Shown: positions 26,461-38,536 of the stretch, piece by piece
Numbering within the stretch: the stretch's first letter is position 1
Layout of the letters: every line of letters begins with the position of its first letter
Assembly (NCBI GenBank): GCA_040954595.2
Contig: CM082595.2
Span: 8,910,317 to 8,974,316, forward strand
Direction of reading: 5' to 3'
From: Balanoglossus misakiensis
Taxonomy: Eukaryota > Animalia > Hemichordata
DNA length: 64,000 nucleotides
Translations under genes and position numbers: made by a program
Notes under the pieces: generated by a model
Seen by the model: the letters and a program-made list of their open reading frames with translations, nothing else
What the model was told of the DNA's origin: nothing
Database searches by the model: none

Positions 26461-28032
26461 TGTCACACCAGTATTTGCAGGTAGATTAAAACATTGCCTA
26501 TTCCAGCAATAATCACAACAGTCTTACTTTTTCTATCTTTGTAAGCGTTAATCTTTATTGACCTCGCTTGTTGTTTTGTGTTTTTGTGTTGTTTTTGTTT
26601 TTGTTTTGTTTTTTTAGTAGTTTCATAATTTTATTTGTATTTTTAAAATGTTTTCCTGTTTTTTGTTTACTTTTTTATTTTGTTTACTATTTGTTGATTG
26701 TAATGCTGTATGGGTCTCGACTGTCGGTCCCAACTTGTCATATAATTAGGTAGTACTGGAGTCAGTGGAAACCCAGGTGCCCGCATAATTTCAGGTGTAG
26801 TGACACCGTGTATTGTCATGTTAATGAATAGGGCTTCGTTAGCTAAGTTTCGTGTAGTAAGAGAGCACACTTCAATTTAGGTCTTGAAGGGAGCAACAAG
26901 TCGGGTCTCCCTGCTCAGTGAGTAGAAATACTAGGGGAAATATTGCACCATACCTTGCTGTGTCCATGTAATGCTGTAGCGCGCATTAGTGCTCTCAGGA
27001 CCACTGTTTCTGCAATTCGAGTGGAAGTAAATTCAGTACTTCTAGAAAGCAGAATTGTGCTTATTCAGTGCAAACCGGTGTGGTCGGGCGATTGGCGTGG
27101 CTGGCATGGTCGTATGTGGTGTGGCTGGAAATTGCTCCAAGCAGAGTTCTGTGGAACCATCCTATAGACCCGGTATTGCTGAGTATGAAGTGTGGTGAAG
27201 AATTCTCGTGTAAGTAATGTATTTGTTTATTTATTTACTATAACTTAAATTTATTTTTTATGGATATTTATGTCAAATTCGACAATTTGTAAGTAATAGG
27301 ACGGTCATAGTTAAAGCATAATTTTCCATGATATCACATGTAATCATGACGCTTTAACTAGTCCAAATTTCTGATAATTATTATTGAGAAACGTCAGTAT
27401 TCATTTGTGAACAGTTGCTAAGGTGGACATTTCAGTCAATGTTTGTTGATTTTTCATTCAGCCATTTAACCCAAGACTTGCATCTAACAAGTCAGTCTTC
27501 AGTGTGTTTACTTGACTACTGGAGGACTACAAGTGGTAGAAAACATGGTGTATCACAGATTGTATGTGTAATGTGGATCGTCGCTACATCGTTCATCTAT
27601 ACAGGACTCCATCCCATATTGTGGTTGAATCATGATTGTTTACTATGAATGTTATATACAGCTAAGTGACACTTACCATTGTTTAGACAATATGCAATAG
27701 ACAATAAACTATAGTGATATTGTGAATATATTCATTTATGTAATATATTAAGTAACCCATTGTATTGTATGACCAATTGTATCAGCATACCTGTACCTGC
27801 TAAATTGGTTAGGACAGAGACATTTGATATTGTGCATATTGTGCACAAAAATTATATTCCTAGTATTATCTTTATATTATTTAATTGATTTAAATTAAAT
27901 CAACTGTATTATTGTATCCGCACTGGTTTGTGTAGTTTCTCCCCATACCTTATCCACGGATGTTTACTCCTTGGCACTGAGAGCAGCTCAATATTTATCC
28001 TGGAATCAGAGGGGTGCCCTCCACCTCTGACA
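26461..28032 (+). mobile_element. 5' LTR (1572 bp) of a Gypsy retrotransposon
   Basis: Begins TGTCA essentially where similarity to copy 2 of the 1.9-kb repeat ends. Ends TGACA immediately before a PBS. Confidence 0.85.
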
Positions 28033-28034
28033 TT

Positions 28035-28051
28035 TGGGGGCTCGTCCGGGA
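28035..28051 (+). promoter_or_regulatory. Primer-binding site complementary to the 3' end of tRNA-Pro
   Basis: TGGGGGCTCGTCCGGGA matches the canonical tRNA-Pro PBS TGGGGGCTCGTCCGGGAT, 2 nt after the LTR end. Confidence 0.92.
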
Positions 28052-28371
28052 GTTTTATCGTTTTGTTGTGCATTTGTTTGTATACTATCATAAATTGTTG
28101 CCATATAGTGGAGACCATGGTTTTGATAGGTAGAGATTCTGCAAATTGTGGAGACGGTGCTGGGTCTGTAGGCTGGTACTGTTACTGTATGTGCGCTTGT
28201 GGTTTCCTGCTATATAATATGGGCCGTGTTGGTTTGCGTCGTGCGTTTGGCTGTGTTGACTTGTGCTGAATGCCCTGTACTGCTAGGGGTTGTCAAACTG
28301 GGGGTTGTAAATCGCGATACAGCAAAGCATATATGCAGAAAGAATATATAAGATAGGGAGAAAAATTTGGG

Positions 28372-31237
28372 TTGGAAGGGACTGCTTTAAAAGATTATGT
28401 TAGAGAGGAACAAATTAGACAGAGGGATCTTAGGGCTACTGAGAGAGAGGAGCAGAGAGAAGATAATAGGCGGCGCGAGGAACATGAGAGAGAGATACTG
28501 AAAATGCAACTTCACTTACAAGAATTAAAATTGAAAGGGGAAAATACAGAACAGCAGGTTACTGAAAATAATTTGGCCAAAGCGCGTGCTCCGAGACTAC
28601 AGGGTTTTCGTGAGGATGTTGATGATATGGATGCGTACCTTCAACGTTTTCAGCGCTACGCCACTGCTCAGAAGTGGGAAAAAGATGACTGGGGGTGAAT
28701 CTCAGTGCATATTGTTACAAGGTAAGGATGTATCCACATACAACCAAATGCCTGCAGCGTCTGCAAATAATTATGATGAATTGAAACCAGAGTTATTGAG
28801 GGCTTACCAGTTAAGTGAGGAGAGTTTTCATGACAAGTTCCGTTCGTGTATGCCACATTATGATGAAAGTGCTCAAAAGTTTATGGACCGTATTGGTGAC
28901 TATTTGGGCAGATGGGTAGAACTGGCTGGTACTCCAAAGACGTACAATGGGCTTACAGATCTGTTACTTCGAGAGCAGTTTATTGGAGTATGTTCCAGAG
29001 ACATGGCAATGTTCATTAGAGAGCGACGGCCAGAGAATGTCCAAGAGATGGTATCTACTGCCTCAAAATACTTAGATGCCCGAGGGTGGTGGAAACTGCC
29101 AAGTAATGCCAAGAATAATCCAAGGAGCCAGCCGACAGCAAATACCAGGCCTGCTGTATATCCAAATCAAGTAAAGAAGTTTAATAACAAAACCAATGGT
29201 TCCCATGTTTTTAAAGGTACGTGCTTCGTATGTGGTAAAGGTGGTCATATGGCCAAAGATTGTAGAAGTAAGCCAAAGATGCATAACACGGCGGTATTGT
29301 TAACTGAAGAAGATAGAAACTATCCACCTAAACAAGAATGTACACATTGGGGCAACCGTCAACAGCCCAGGGGACTAGACACTGGTTATGCATGTATGGT
29401 GGTAGCAATGGAAATAGATAAAACAGATGCAACACTGAATAAGGAGTTCGTGTTACCATGTGGTCATAAGCTCCCAGTGATGAGTGCTGCTTGTAGTGCC
29501 CATGGAGTGAAGAAGATGCCGGTAATGAAGGGATTGGTCGATGGTAAGCTGGTTAGCGTTTTGCGTGATAGTGGGTGTAGTAGCGTGGTAGTTCGAAGAA
29601 GTCTGGTGTCAAGTAGTCAGCTGACTGGTAAGTACAGGACGTGTGTTCTGATAGATCGGACTATTAGAAGAGTACCTGCAGCCTCAATAAAAGTTGATAC
29701 CCCTTACTTTGTTGGTGATGTTACTGCACTGTGCATGATGAACCCTGTGTATGATTTAATACTGGGCAACATTGATGGTGTATCTGACCCTTCGAATCCT
29801 GATACTACATGGCAGGAACCATTGCCGACATGTAGACTGTGTACAACTGTTGGACAGGTACCAGGTTTAGCATATGCTGTGGAGACCAGAGCCCAGAAGA
29901 TAGCCAACCAAAAACCAATCAGAGAGCTTAAAGTACCTAAAGCTGTTGGTGAAGTGGTGATGCCAGGGAAGCTTCAACAAGCTCAAGAAGAATACTCCAC
30001 TCTTGACAAACTACGTGAGAAGGCAATTTTGGGTGACCAGAAAGTGACTAGGAATGGAGGTAGGTTGAAGTTCATCATGAAAGATGGGATCCTGTACAGA
30101 GAGTTCAATTCGCCAATGGTCCAATTTGGTGAAAAGCTGTTACAGGTGGTGGTTCCCAGAGTGTATCGTAACCAGGTGATGAGACTAGCCCATGAATCAG
30201 TGCTGCGTGGTCACCACGGAACTCACAAGACCACAGACAAGATCCTCAGCAACTTCGTTTGGCCTGGGCTAACATCAGATGTTTCCCGTTACTGTCAGTC
30301 CTGTGATTCATGTCAACGGACACAACAAAAGGGACGGGTGACCAAGGTACCACTTGGAAGTATGCCACTAATAGATATCCCTTTCCTACGTATTGCAGTA
30401 GACCTGGTTGGCCCTATTCATCCATGCACTGAACGCAAGAATAGGTACATACTTACTGTTGTTGATTATGCAACACGCTATCCGGAGGCTGTTGCATTGA
30501 CTAACATTGATACCAAGACTGTTGCAGAGGCGCTCCTGGACATCTACTCAAGAGTGGGGTGTCCACGTGAAATTCTGACAGATCAAGGAACTCAATTTAC
30601 ATCAGATGTGATGCGTGAGGTCAGCCGGCTTTTGTCTATAAAGCAGATGACTACCACCCCATACCACCCAGCATTCAATGGTCTAGTGGAACGGTTCAAT
30701 GGTACATTGAAACTCATGCTCAGGAAGATGTGTGAGGAACGTCCAACATATTGGGATCGTTATCTGAATGCTTTACTATTTGCCTACAGAGAAACGCCTC
30801 AATCGAGCACAGGATTCTCTCCGTTTGAGTTACTTTATGGGAGGAGTGTGCGTGGTCCAATGGCTATCTTGAAAGAACTATGGACTGGAGAGATCAGTGA
30901 ACCAGAAACCAAAACGACTTATCAATACATCCTTGATCTTCAAAAGAAATTAAAGAAGGCATGCGATTTAGCAAGACAAGAACTGAAGATATCACAAGGC
31001 AAATACAAGTCCTACTACAATAGAAAGGCCAAATGGAGGAAGTTCAACAAAGGTGACGAGGTGTTATTGCTACTACCTACTGACCATAATAAACTACTTA
31101 TGCACTGGAAGGGTCCTTTTCCAGTGGTGGAGAAAGCGAGCAATATGGATTACAAGATTGACTTTGGTCATAGGGTGAAAACATTCCATGCCAACCTGTT
31201 GAAGAGGTACTATCGAAGAACTGATCAGCTAGAATAA
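28372..31237 (+). pseudogene. Gypsy (Gmr1-like) gag-protease-integrase, frameshifted near 28695
   Basis: Coiled-coil N-terminus, capsid/SCAN-like LLREQF, CCHC knuckle CFVCGKGGHMAKDC, aspartic protease LRDSGCS, integrase HHCC (AHES...GHHG...CDSC), core DLVGP/TDQG/VERFN and GPF motif. Confidence 0.93.
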
Positions 31238-32155
31238 GTATCAGCTGGACTTCTTGAGATTGTGTGTGTATCTGTGATAGATGAGCAGAGTTATGAATCT
31301 TCAGAAGTACAAGAGAACACAGGGGTTAAAGTAAACGATGACTTACTGCGGGTTCCTGCATTCAAGCAGAAAGAATTTGCTGCAGATGTGAATGTATGTG
31401 ACAACTTGTCAGACATACAGAAGCAAGTGGTGAGGAGGTTGCTGATCAATTACAAAGATATGTTAACTGATATTCGTGGTAACACCAACCTGGGTTTCCA
31501 TGACATCAAGTTGATGGATCCAACACCAGTATGCAGTAGGCCATACCCCATCCCTCATGCACTCCGTGAAGCAGTGAAAGATGAAGTCAAAATGATGATT
31601 AAGATGGGAGTAGCTGAACCTTCAGAGAGTCCATATGCTGTTCCACTGGTAATGGTGAAGAAATCTGATGGGTCCAATCATTGTTGTGTTGACATGAGAA
31701 AGCTCAATCGCATAACAGTGTTTGATGCAGAGCCTACACCAGACCTGAGTGAGCTTTTTGCTTTTTGCTAAGTTATCCAAGGATCACTATTTCACTAAAG
31801 TAGATCTCAGCAAAGAATATTGGCAAGTCCCGTTGACTGATAATTCTAAACAATTGACGGCATTTATCACGCATGATGGGCTATACCAATTTATCAAAAT
31901 GCATTTCGGACTTGTAAATAGTGCTGCGACTTTTAGCAGAATTATGAGAAGATTGTTAAGAGATATGAAGAACGTAGACAACTATATCGATCACATACTG
32001 ATCCACACTGCATCATGGGAAGAACATATCAAGACAATTACAGATTTGATGAGCAGACTACGAAAGGCAAAGTTAACAGCGAGACCAACTAAGTGTTATG
32101 TGGGTTATGAGCAGATCGATTTCCTGGGTCATGTGGTTGGTCATGGTGAACTAGT
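31238..32155 (+). pseudogene. Reverse transcriptase downstream of the integrase; disabled and 3'-truncated
   Basis: Motifs PYPIP, VDMRKLN, VDLSKEYWQVP, MHFGLVNSAATF and FLGHVVG. YIDD has become YIDH. Stop at 31235-31237 and frameshift near 31765. No RNase H or 3' LTR follows. Confidence 0.92.
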
Positions 32156-32254
32156 CCTGTTTCAAAATGACCTACATTACAGGTCCTATGCAAACGTATT
32201 ACATGTTCTGATTGGTTTATCCACTTCTCTAAGGTCCACTTGCGGCTCGCTGAT

Positions 32255-32510
32255 TGGAGGGACCTTATGTGTTAGGTCTTATTACTATGTATTATTCACC
32301 AGACCTTGTAGGTTAGGTCTTATTACAATGCATTATTCACTTTACAGCTCCCTGATTGGTTAATGTGTAGGTCTGGTCCTCCAGTGTTCACTGCCTCATT
32401 ATGCAGGACCTTGTAGGTTAGGTCTTATTAATATGTATTTATTCACCATACAGCTCCCTGATTGGTTAACGTGTCAGTCTGGTTCCCCCCAGTGTTCACT
32501 GCCTCATTGT
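32255..32510. repeat. Short imperfect tandem repeats (GACCTTGTAGGTTAGGTCTTATTA...)
   Basis: Copies at ~32261, ~32302 and ~32406. Confidence 0.7.
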
Positions 32511-34046
32511 GAAATGTCCCATGTGCTTCCTGGCTAGCGTTGTGGTAACATATTATTCGGGGTGTCCGCAGATCGTTCATTGATTTTCTGAGAAATAGCC
32601 TAACTGATACTATCTCCAACATAAACCGCACCCTGGAAAGATTAAATGATCTTTTAGGTGGACTTTGAAAATCTGATTAACTCATCTAAGCATTTTAGCT
32701 AAGTTGTATATTTTTTAATTATAATCATACAAAATACTTAAAAAATAAAAACAATGTTCAGTTTTAATACCCACTGATGAGGGGAAACATCAGTTTCAAA
32801 TTCTTTTCATGGGAGCGCTTGAGCAGAGTTATGAGTTTTGCTCTGTGAAAGAAAATGGGGGGATTTCAAAATTTTGGCAGTTCGGAAGGGGGATTTCAAA
32901 ATATTTCGGGTTGTGAAAGGGGGGGGCATGTGAAAATTAGCGGTAAAAGATTAATTCCCCCCCCCCCCTCCAGAGGTGTTTGTGAATGCAGCCTAAGAAA
33001 GAAAAAATGTGAAATGGGTCAAATATGGGCCGGACGTGCCCATTCAACTCAATTTACTTTTGTTTGCTTTAAGTAGGAATTGATCACAGCTATATTTATT
33101 TTGGACACCTGAGCGACAAGAAAACAATCTGATTCTACATTTTAAAAAGCGTCATTGGAAAAGCACTGCAATTTTGTTTCTTGATTTAAAAAAGTTTGGG
33201 GTGGCATGTAAAAATTAAGGTGTGTCTAAATTACTAATTTGGTGCACCTCAAAGCCCTTAGCCAATGTAAATTATATCCTGCATTGTATTCATGAAGGAT
33301 ATCCTCCCGCGAGGTCAATGTCATTCAATGTCAAACAGTCTCAACAAAGACCATTGGACACTCATAGCCGTTTTGTATGAAAGTGACTGGAGTACGAGAT
33401 GAGTTTCATGACAACAACAAATCATGCTCAGTCTCGCTGCAGGGTCTATAATTTCAATAACGGCTAGACGATGGACACTATCTTAGGTAACACTTTAGGG
33501 TCATAGTGCTGGAACGACATGTTTAAACAGGTCGTTCCGGCACTCTGACCCTTTCGGCCCCAGTCGTTTCAGCCCCCATTTTCCACGACCCAAGTCGTTA
33601 CAGCCCGGACAGTAACACCCCAAACATTTCAACACTTATCAGGGAAGACCTTAGCCCAACTATTAAAACTTGGCTTGAACCTACTTAAGTTCTCCGCATG
33701 AAATATGAGCGAGCGTTGTCAGAGGACGACAGCTACGCACACTTTGGGCATGACCGAATCAAACAGAATTGAATATTCTATATTCGGAAAAAACACCTTA
33801 TCTCCGTTTTGCCGTTGACAAACCGATTTCTGTCATGACAGTTACTCCCGGGGACTGTGACAGACCATATACAGACAGTAGAGGCCGCGCGCTGGGGGTC
33901 TACACAAGTCACTACAGCTGATGTAAGCAAGTACAACATGCTTTGCTTGCAGGAATGTTCCGTTTTCAATAGAGGGGTGTGTATATTCAGAGGGAATGTC
34001 AGTCGGGGCCCTGGCTGGCAACATGCGGCGTATATATTGACAATCT

Positions 34047-34974
34047 TAGCCGGGAGACCAGGGCGTCGATCTAAAATACAACGCTCGGGGACAGTCGAGC
34101 AAGTCCTGCTGAGCTGAAAGATAGTAGTCTTGGCAACGATCGAGGTCGCTTAGTAACAAATGGATAACGAGTGATCTATCAAATGTTGACGGGCGCCAGT
34201 GGTTGGATGATATAATTAAAGGCACGTAAGCTGTAACTGGATAAAAAATTAAAGTTTTAAATAATCTCATATATGCTTTTAATTATGTCTATTAAATGCT
34301 ATTTCATGATAATATATCAAGCTCAACACTTATTTATGACAAAATGGCCAAAAATTAAAGAAAAACGAAAATTCCTGCAATTTTAAAAAAAGCGCAATAT
34401 TGCAATGAAAAATGAAAATCTGATGTCTCAGTGGTGTACATTTACTTCCATGAGCTCAAGTGGATGAGATCATGTTTTGTTTATGAAGTTTCACAACCGG
34501 AAATGCAACATTTTCATTGTTTCTTGCATTTTCCCACGGTGGCGGCCATAATCGCTTGCGGCAAAGCTTTATTATTTATCTGGTTAAAACTTGCATATGC
34601 ACTCATACTTAGGGTTTATAATGCTTGTGTATTGTTCACTACCTTCATCTGCATGGACTAATGGTAGTGCAGTTTGAAACAAAAATTATGAAAATTATCC
34701 CAAAAGTTACACCTTACGTGCCTTTAACAAAGCTTGGTTATGAATATTCATACACCTTCAAAACCACTCCCACATCCCATCGCGGGAATTTCACACATGA
34801 CTCCACCTCTATTTCCTTATTTAGAAGGCGACGATGTCATGTGGTTAACATTGAGTGACCAATTAGCTTACACGCAAGATTTACCACACGTGTCGTTCTA
34901 CGAACAGAATTCTGTTCGTAAATAGAGACTGTCCCCGGGCGTTTCTTTTCCCCGACGCCCTGGTCTCCAGGCTA
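34047..34974. mobile_element. Non-autonomous DNA transposon, AcademH-like (TAG...CTA termini, 9-bp TSD)
   Basis: TSD TGACAATCT at 34038-34046 and 34975-34983. Interrupted TIRs TAGCC(G/T)GGAGACCAGGGCGTCG-[unrelated]-AACGC(T/C)CGGGGACAGTC. Confidence 0.85.
34220..34723. mobile_element. Non-autonomous Kolobok-like element nested in the AcademH-like element
   Basis: TTAA on both sides (34216-34219, 34724-34727). TIR AGGCACGTAAG(C/G)TGTAACT, 18 of 19 identical. Confidence 0.88.
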
Positions 34975-35286
34975 TGACAATCTCGCTGATAGGCGCAGCT
35001 GGAATTTATGTTTCTGTGGTATGATTATTGTATTTTATCAATGCACAATCACGATGGGCGAGTTTCAAGCAAGCAATTGGATTCGCTTCAATCCCTCACT
35101 AAAATCTAGACTGCACCACTGTATAATAACACAATACAGTCTTCTAGCCTCATGGTATAAACAGGAACTCTTGTCTGCTGGACATCCGGGTACTTTGGTC
35201 TACTGAGTGAACGCGTTACGTATAGAGGTAGCGCAAAGTGAAAACCTATTTAAGGCAGCCACAACAATCAGTGTTGACGTACATAC

Positions 35287-35389
35287 AATCTGACTAAAAT
35301 CGCAGTTGGTATGACGACAGCATACTAATAATACTGTACCACATAAGTAAAAGACGTCGTCGTACCATACATCTGATTTTATTCAGATT
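35287..35389. mobile_element. ~100-bp palindromic MITE, degenerate copy
   Basis: AATCTGACTAAAATC...GATTTTATTCAGATT; related to 35652-35759. Confidence 0.6.
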
Positions 35390-35407
35390 ACTGCATATTT
35401 GCATATA

Positions 35408-35615
35408 CTGTGAAACAAGTTATTTTCGCGAGCAATACATTTTCGCGAGATACGTGAGAGCCAAAATGGTATAAAAAATAAGAGGTCGCATAATTATTTT
35501 TGAAGATAACGATGCAGTGAATGAAATAAGAGAACGCGAAAATTAATACTCGCGAAACAGTAGCCTCTCTCGATATCGTGAAAATTTCAACTCGCTAAAA
35601 TAAAGTGTTTTACAG
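35408..35615. mobile_element. TA-flanked MITE (Tc1/mariner-like ends)
   Basis: TA|CTGTGAAACA...TGTTTTACAG|TA with internal inverted TTTTCGCGA/CGCGAAAA motifs. Confidence 0.7.
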
Positions 35616-35651
35616 TAGTTTATGTATGTAAAGTGTTCCTGATGTTAACAC

Positions 35652-35759
35652 AATCTGATTAAAATCAGATGTAGGCCTAGGGAATGGCGACGTAGTTTTT
35701 TGATGCTGCGACAGCATAAAAACACGTCGCCGTTCCCTACATCTGATTTTAATCAGATT
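35652..35759. mobile_element. ~108-bp near-perfect hairpin MITE
   Basis: AATCTGATTAAAATCAGATGTAGG...CCTACATCTGATTTTAATCAGATT with paired interior (GGCGACGT/ACGTCGCC, ATGCTG/CAGCAT). Confidence 0.75.
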
Positions 35760-37839
35760 AGCGTTAACATAACTTTGACAGAATAAGTTAACGCCATAAC
35801 TTTGACAGAATAAGAGTTGCCTCAAACGGCTCTAACCGAATTTCCATTAATAGCAGAACAAACAAGCTGTAATCAATACGCCAACCTTTAAAATATTACT
35901 TTAGAAAGTTTGTATTCATACTTTCTTCAAGTTGTCATAACGCTAACCCGAAATGTGTTTTAGTATTGCCTTTGTATTAATGGGCTAGATTCATGGCGTT
36001 ATATGTCATAAATTAAAAAGACAACCCTTATTGTTTTTGATAATATTTATGTCGGAGAATCCACAATGAAAAATATGTATTTCAATTTCATAACTCAAAA
36101 TGATTTTCAAATCCATGACCTTATTTTCAACTCCAGTGATCGTACATCCTGAACCTTGTTCCAGTAAATGATTGGTCATTACAGGGTTAATGGGCACTCT
36201 CCCGTTCTCTTCCTCCGCAGTTTCATTCATGTTCTTGTTTGACGGAAATGGGTGTGACCAGACGCTTGAATGTTTTCATGTGGGTTGAGTTGTTCATCGG
36301 GAACGGCCTCCTGGTGTGTCTGTACAGGTACGCAAGGAGAAACTGCCCACAAGAAGCTGCGAGTGAAACTATTTAAGGTAGTATGTGCCTCGCGGTCCGA
36401 GATTCAGACAAATGATAGTCCTCAAAACTTTTTCAAGTCATTGATTTACTAAAGTGTGTGGTGAGTCTCTTTGAAAACAACAACAATATTACTCATCATA
36501 TTGTATTTTTTTGAAACTATAAAATGAAGTTGACAATGCACCAAACAGATTCTATTTATTTCTTCATGACCATGTTCACCCCAAGGTCATAAGGACCTGC
36601 AAGTATATGCCAGAGCCAGAGTCGACATTACCGAAGCCAGAGTTTAAAGCTTACAGGTCACCCCTTGCCAGCTCATGACTAGCTAAACTGCCATGGATGC
36701 CAAGAGATATAGGACTACGGTAACCTGTAGATGGTTTCAGTATGTTTGAAGAAAGTGGTGGCGCACTTTTGGCTACATTTGAAATGGCTATGGTACCAGT
36801 GGTTGAATTTGCAAAGGTGACCTTTGACCTGGCATCTTTAAAGATATTAAAGAACGATTTACCATTCCTTGTTGTCGTAAAATGACATCTGTAATAACAC
36901 TGCGGCCCAAACGCCGCCCTCTCGGGGCAGTATTTCTGTGGCGCGTTTCAATAGCTCATGAATAATTAATTAGCGCGATCATGGCGGTCGCTCAGCGGAG
37001 CTGAAACCTGAATACAGTGAAATTCGGTAAGTGTTTCTTGTCATTTTTTACGATCTACTGCACCATACATAATAGTGTTCACAGTAAACGAAACAAAAAT
37101 ATTATTTCATCTGTACATTTCATATTGAATCACTGAAATAACTTTAAAAATAACTGATTTACCGCGCGGGTGTGCTGTTGCTAACGACAGCACTGCCCTC
37201 AGCAACCACTTACACAGGGTGGAAAATTCAACGATTTAGCCTTGCTAACCTGTTATCTGACATTTCAAAACCATACGAGTTTACCTAACTATGGTTATTT
37301 CACGGATGTTATATTTGAACAACTGCTACCACAGGTTTAACGAAATTACACCAAGCGATTCTCGATACCTCAGCATGTCGTACGCCTCCGGCTGTGTTTA
37401 CATGTACTGCAATGGCGACACGTCTCAGCTGTCACTGCGTGTGGTTTTGTTAGCAAAAGTCTGAGTTGGAATGGATTAAATTTTAAAATCGAGAACCAAT
37501 AGTTTTAGCTAAATTACGTACTTAATGCATTACACTATAAATGCAAAGTTAAAAATCAAAACAGAAAATTTTGAACCTGTGTCTGCGCAGTACAGTTATA
37601 TTCACTCCAATTCTCCCATTGAAATATGCCCATCTCTGCGTATACACGTTGGTATGTATGGAGAGCTGTGGTCGATATGCCTAGCTCAGAGCAGGTTTTA
37701 TCAAATGTCTTTCAGTGATTTTCTTTGCATTGCTGTTGGGTATCGGTTGAAAAATACTAAAGTCACTAATGTACTATAAATATACATGCATAATTATTAA
37801 TTATTATACATTCTTATTCATTGTAATTTTCCTCTTCAG

Positions 37840-38305
37840 ATCAGAAACAGCTCAGGTATGTGGTGGAGTAAACTGTTACTTAGATGTAGGGCACCCCTGC
37901 AAAGTTTATCCATCAACATGCCAAGTAGGAAAGAAAAAAACATACTTCAACATAGGTCAGTGGGCAAAGGAACAGAAGCTAGCCAGAGAAATTGCAAAGG
38001 AAAAGCATTCACAGGAGCTATTAAGAGAAAATTCAAAGACTAGGTCATTGCTAGAAAGAGTGCAGACTAATGCCTTGCTATAGAGGACAGAAGAATGCCA
38101 GCCAAAATATCGGTTTAACTTGGGGGAGTGGTCTAGACAGCGGAAGAGAAAGAGGGATCAGGAGAGTAGCATAATCGAGGATAACCTTAATAAGATCAGT
38201 GCTGCTAAAAGACTAGTAAAACGGGCTAAAACCCGTCTTGCTAGACTTGAGCAGAGGAATAATAATGTGAGACAGGAGTTAGGTGCTAGGACCTACAGTA
38301 TAAAG
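37840..38305 (+). pseudogene. Predicted upstream coding exon of the transposase, with an in-frame TAG at 38081-38083
   Basis: Acceptor TTTTCCTCTTCAG ends at 37839. ORFs 37769-38083 and 38120-38314 share a frame and are separated by a single stop. Donor AAG|GTACAG is phase 0, matching the acceptor ending at 38536. Confidence 0.6.
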
Positions 38306-38536
38306 GTACAGTGAGTTTAAACGATTGAATAAATTTAATTTGTCAGTTTTACTCAAATAGAATTCAATCATATGCACAGTTAGCTAATGTTAGGGGAACA
38401 TCGTCTGTTTTTATCATGCATATTTTGAAGTCCTTGGGATTACTAGCTTGCTCCTATAATCACAATGAAATGCTCAAAATTTAGGCTGATAAATCCACTA
38501 ACCTCTTCATGTACATTTTTTTGTGTAATCTTGCAG

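Noticed and set aside
24554-26462. CAA...TTG ends as P-element-like TIRs of the 1.9-kb repeat
   Set aside because: The match is only 3 bp, there is no TSD, and the right boundary is explained by the LTR insertion.
32156-32363. C-terminal part of the 204-aa ORF as RT/RNase H
   Set aside because: RT similarity ends near 32155; the rest is read-through into unrelated repeats.
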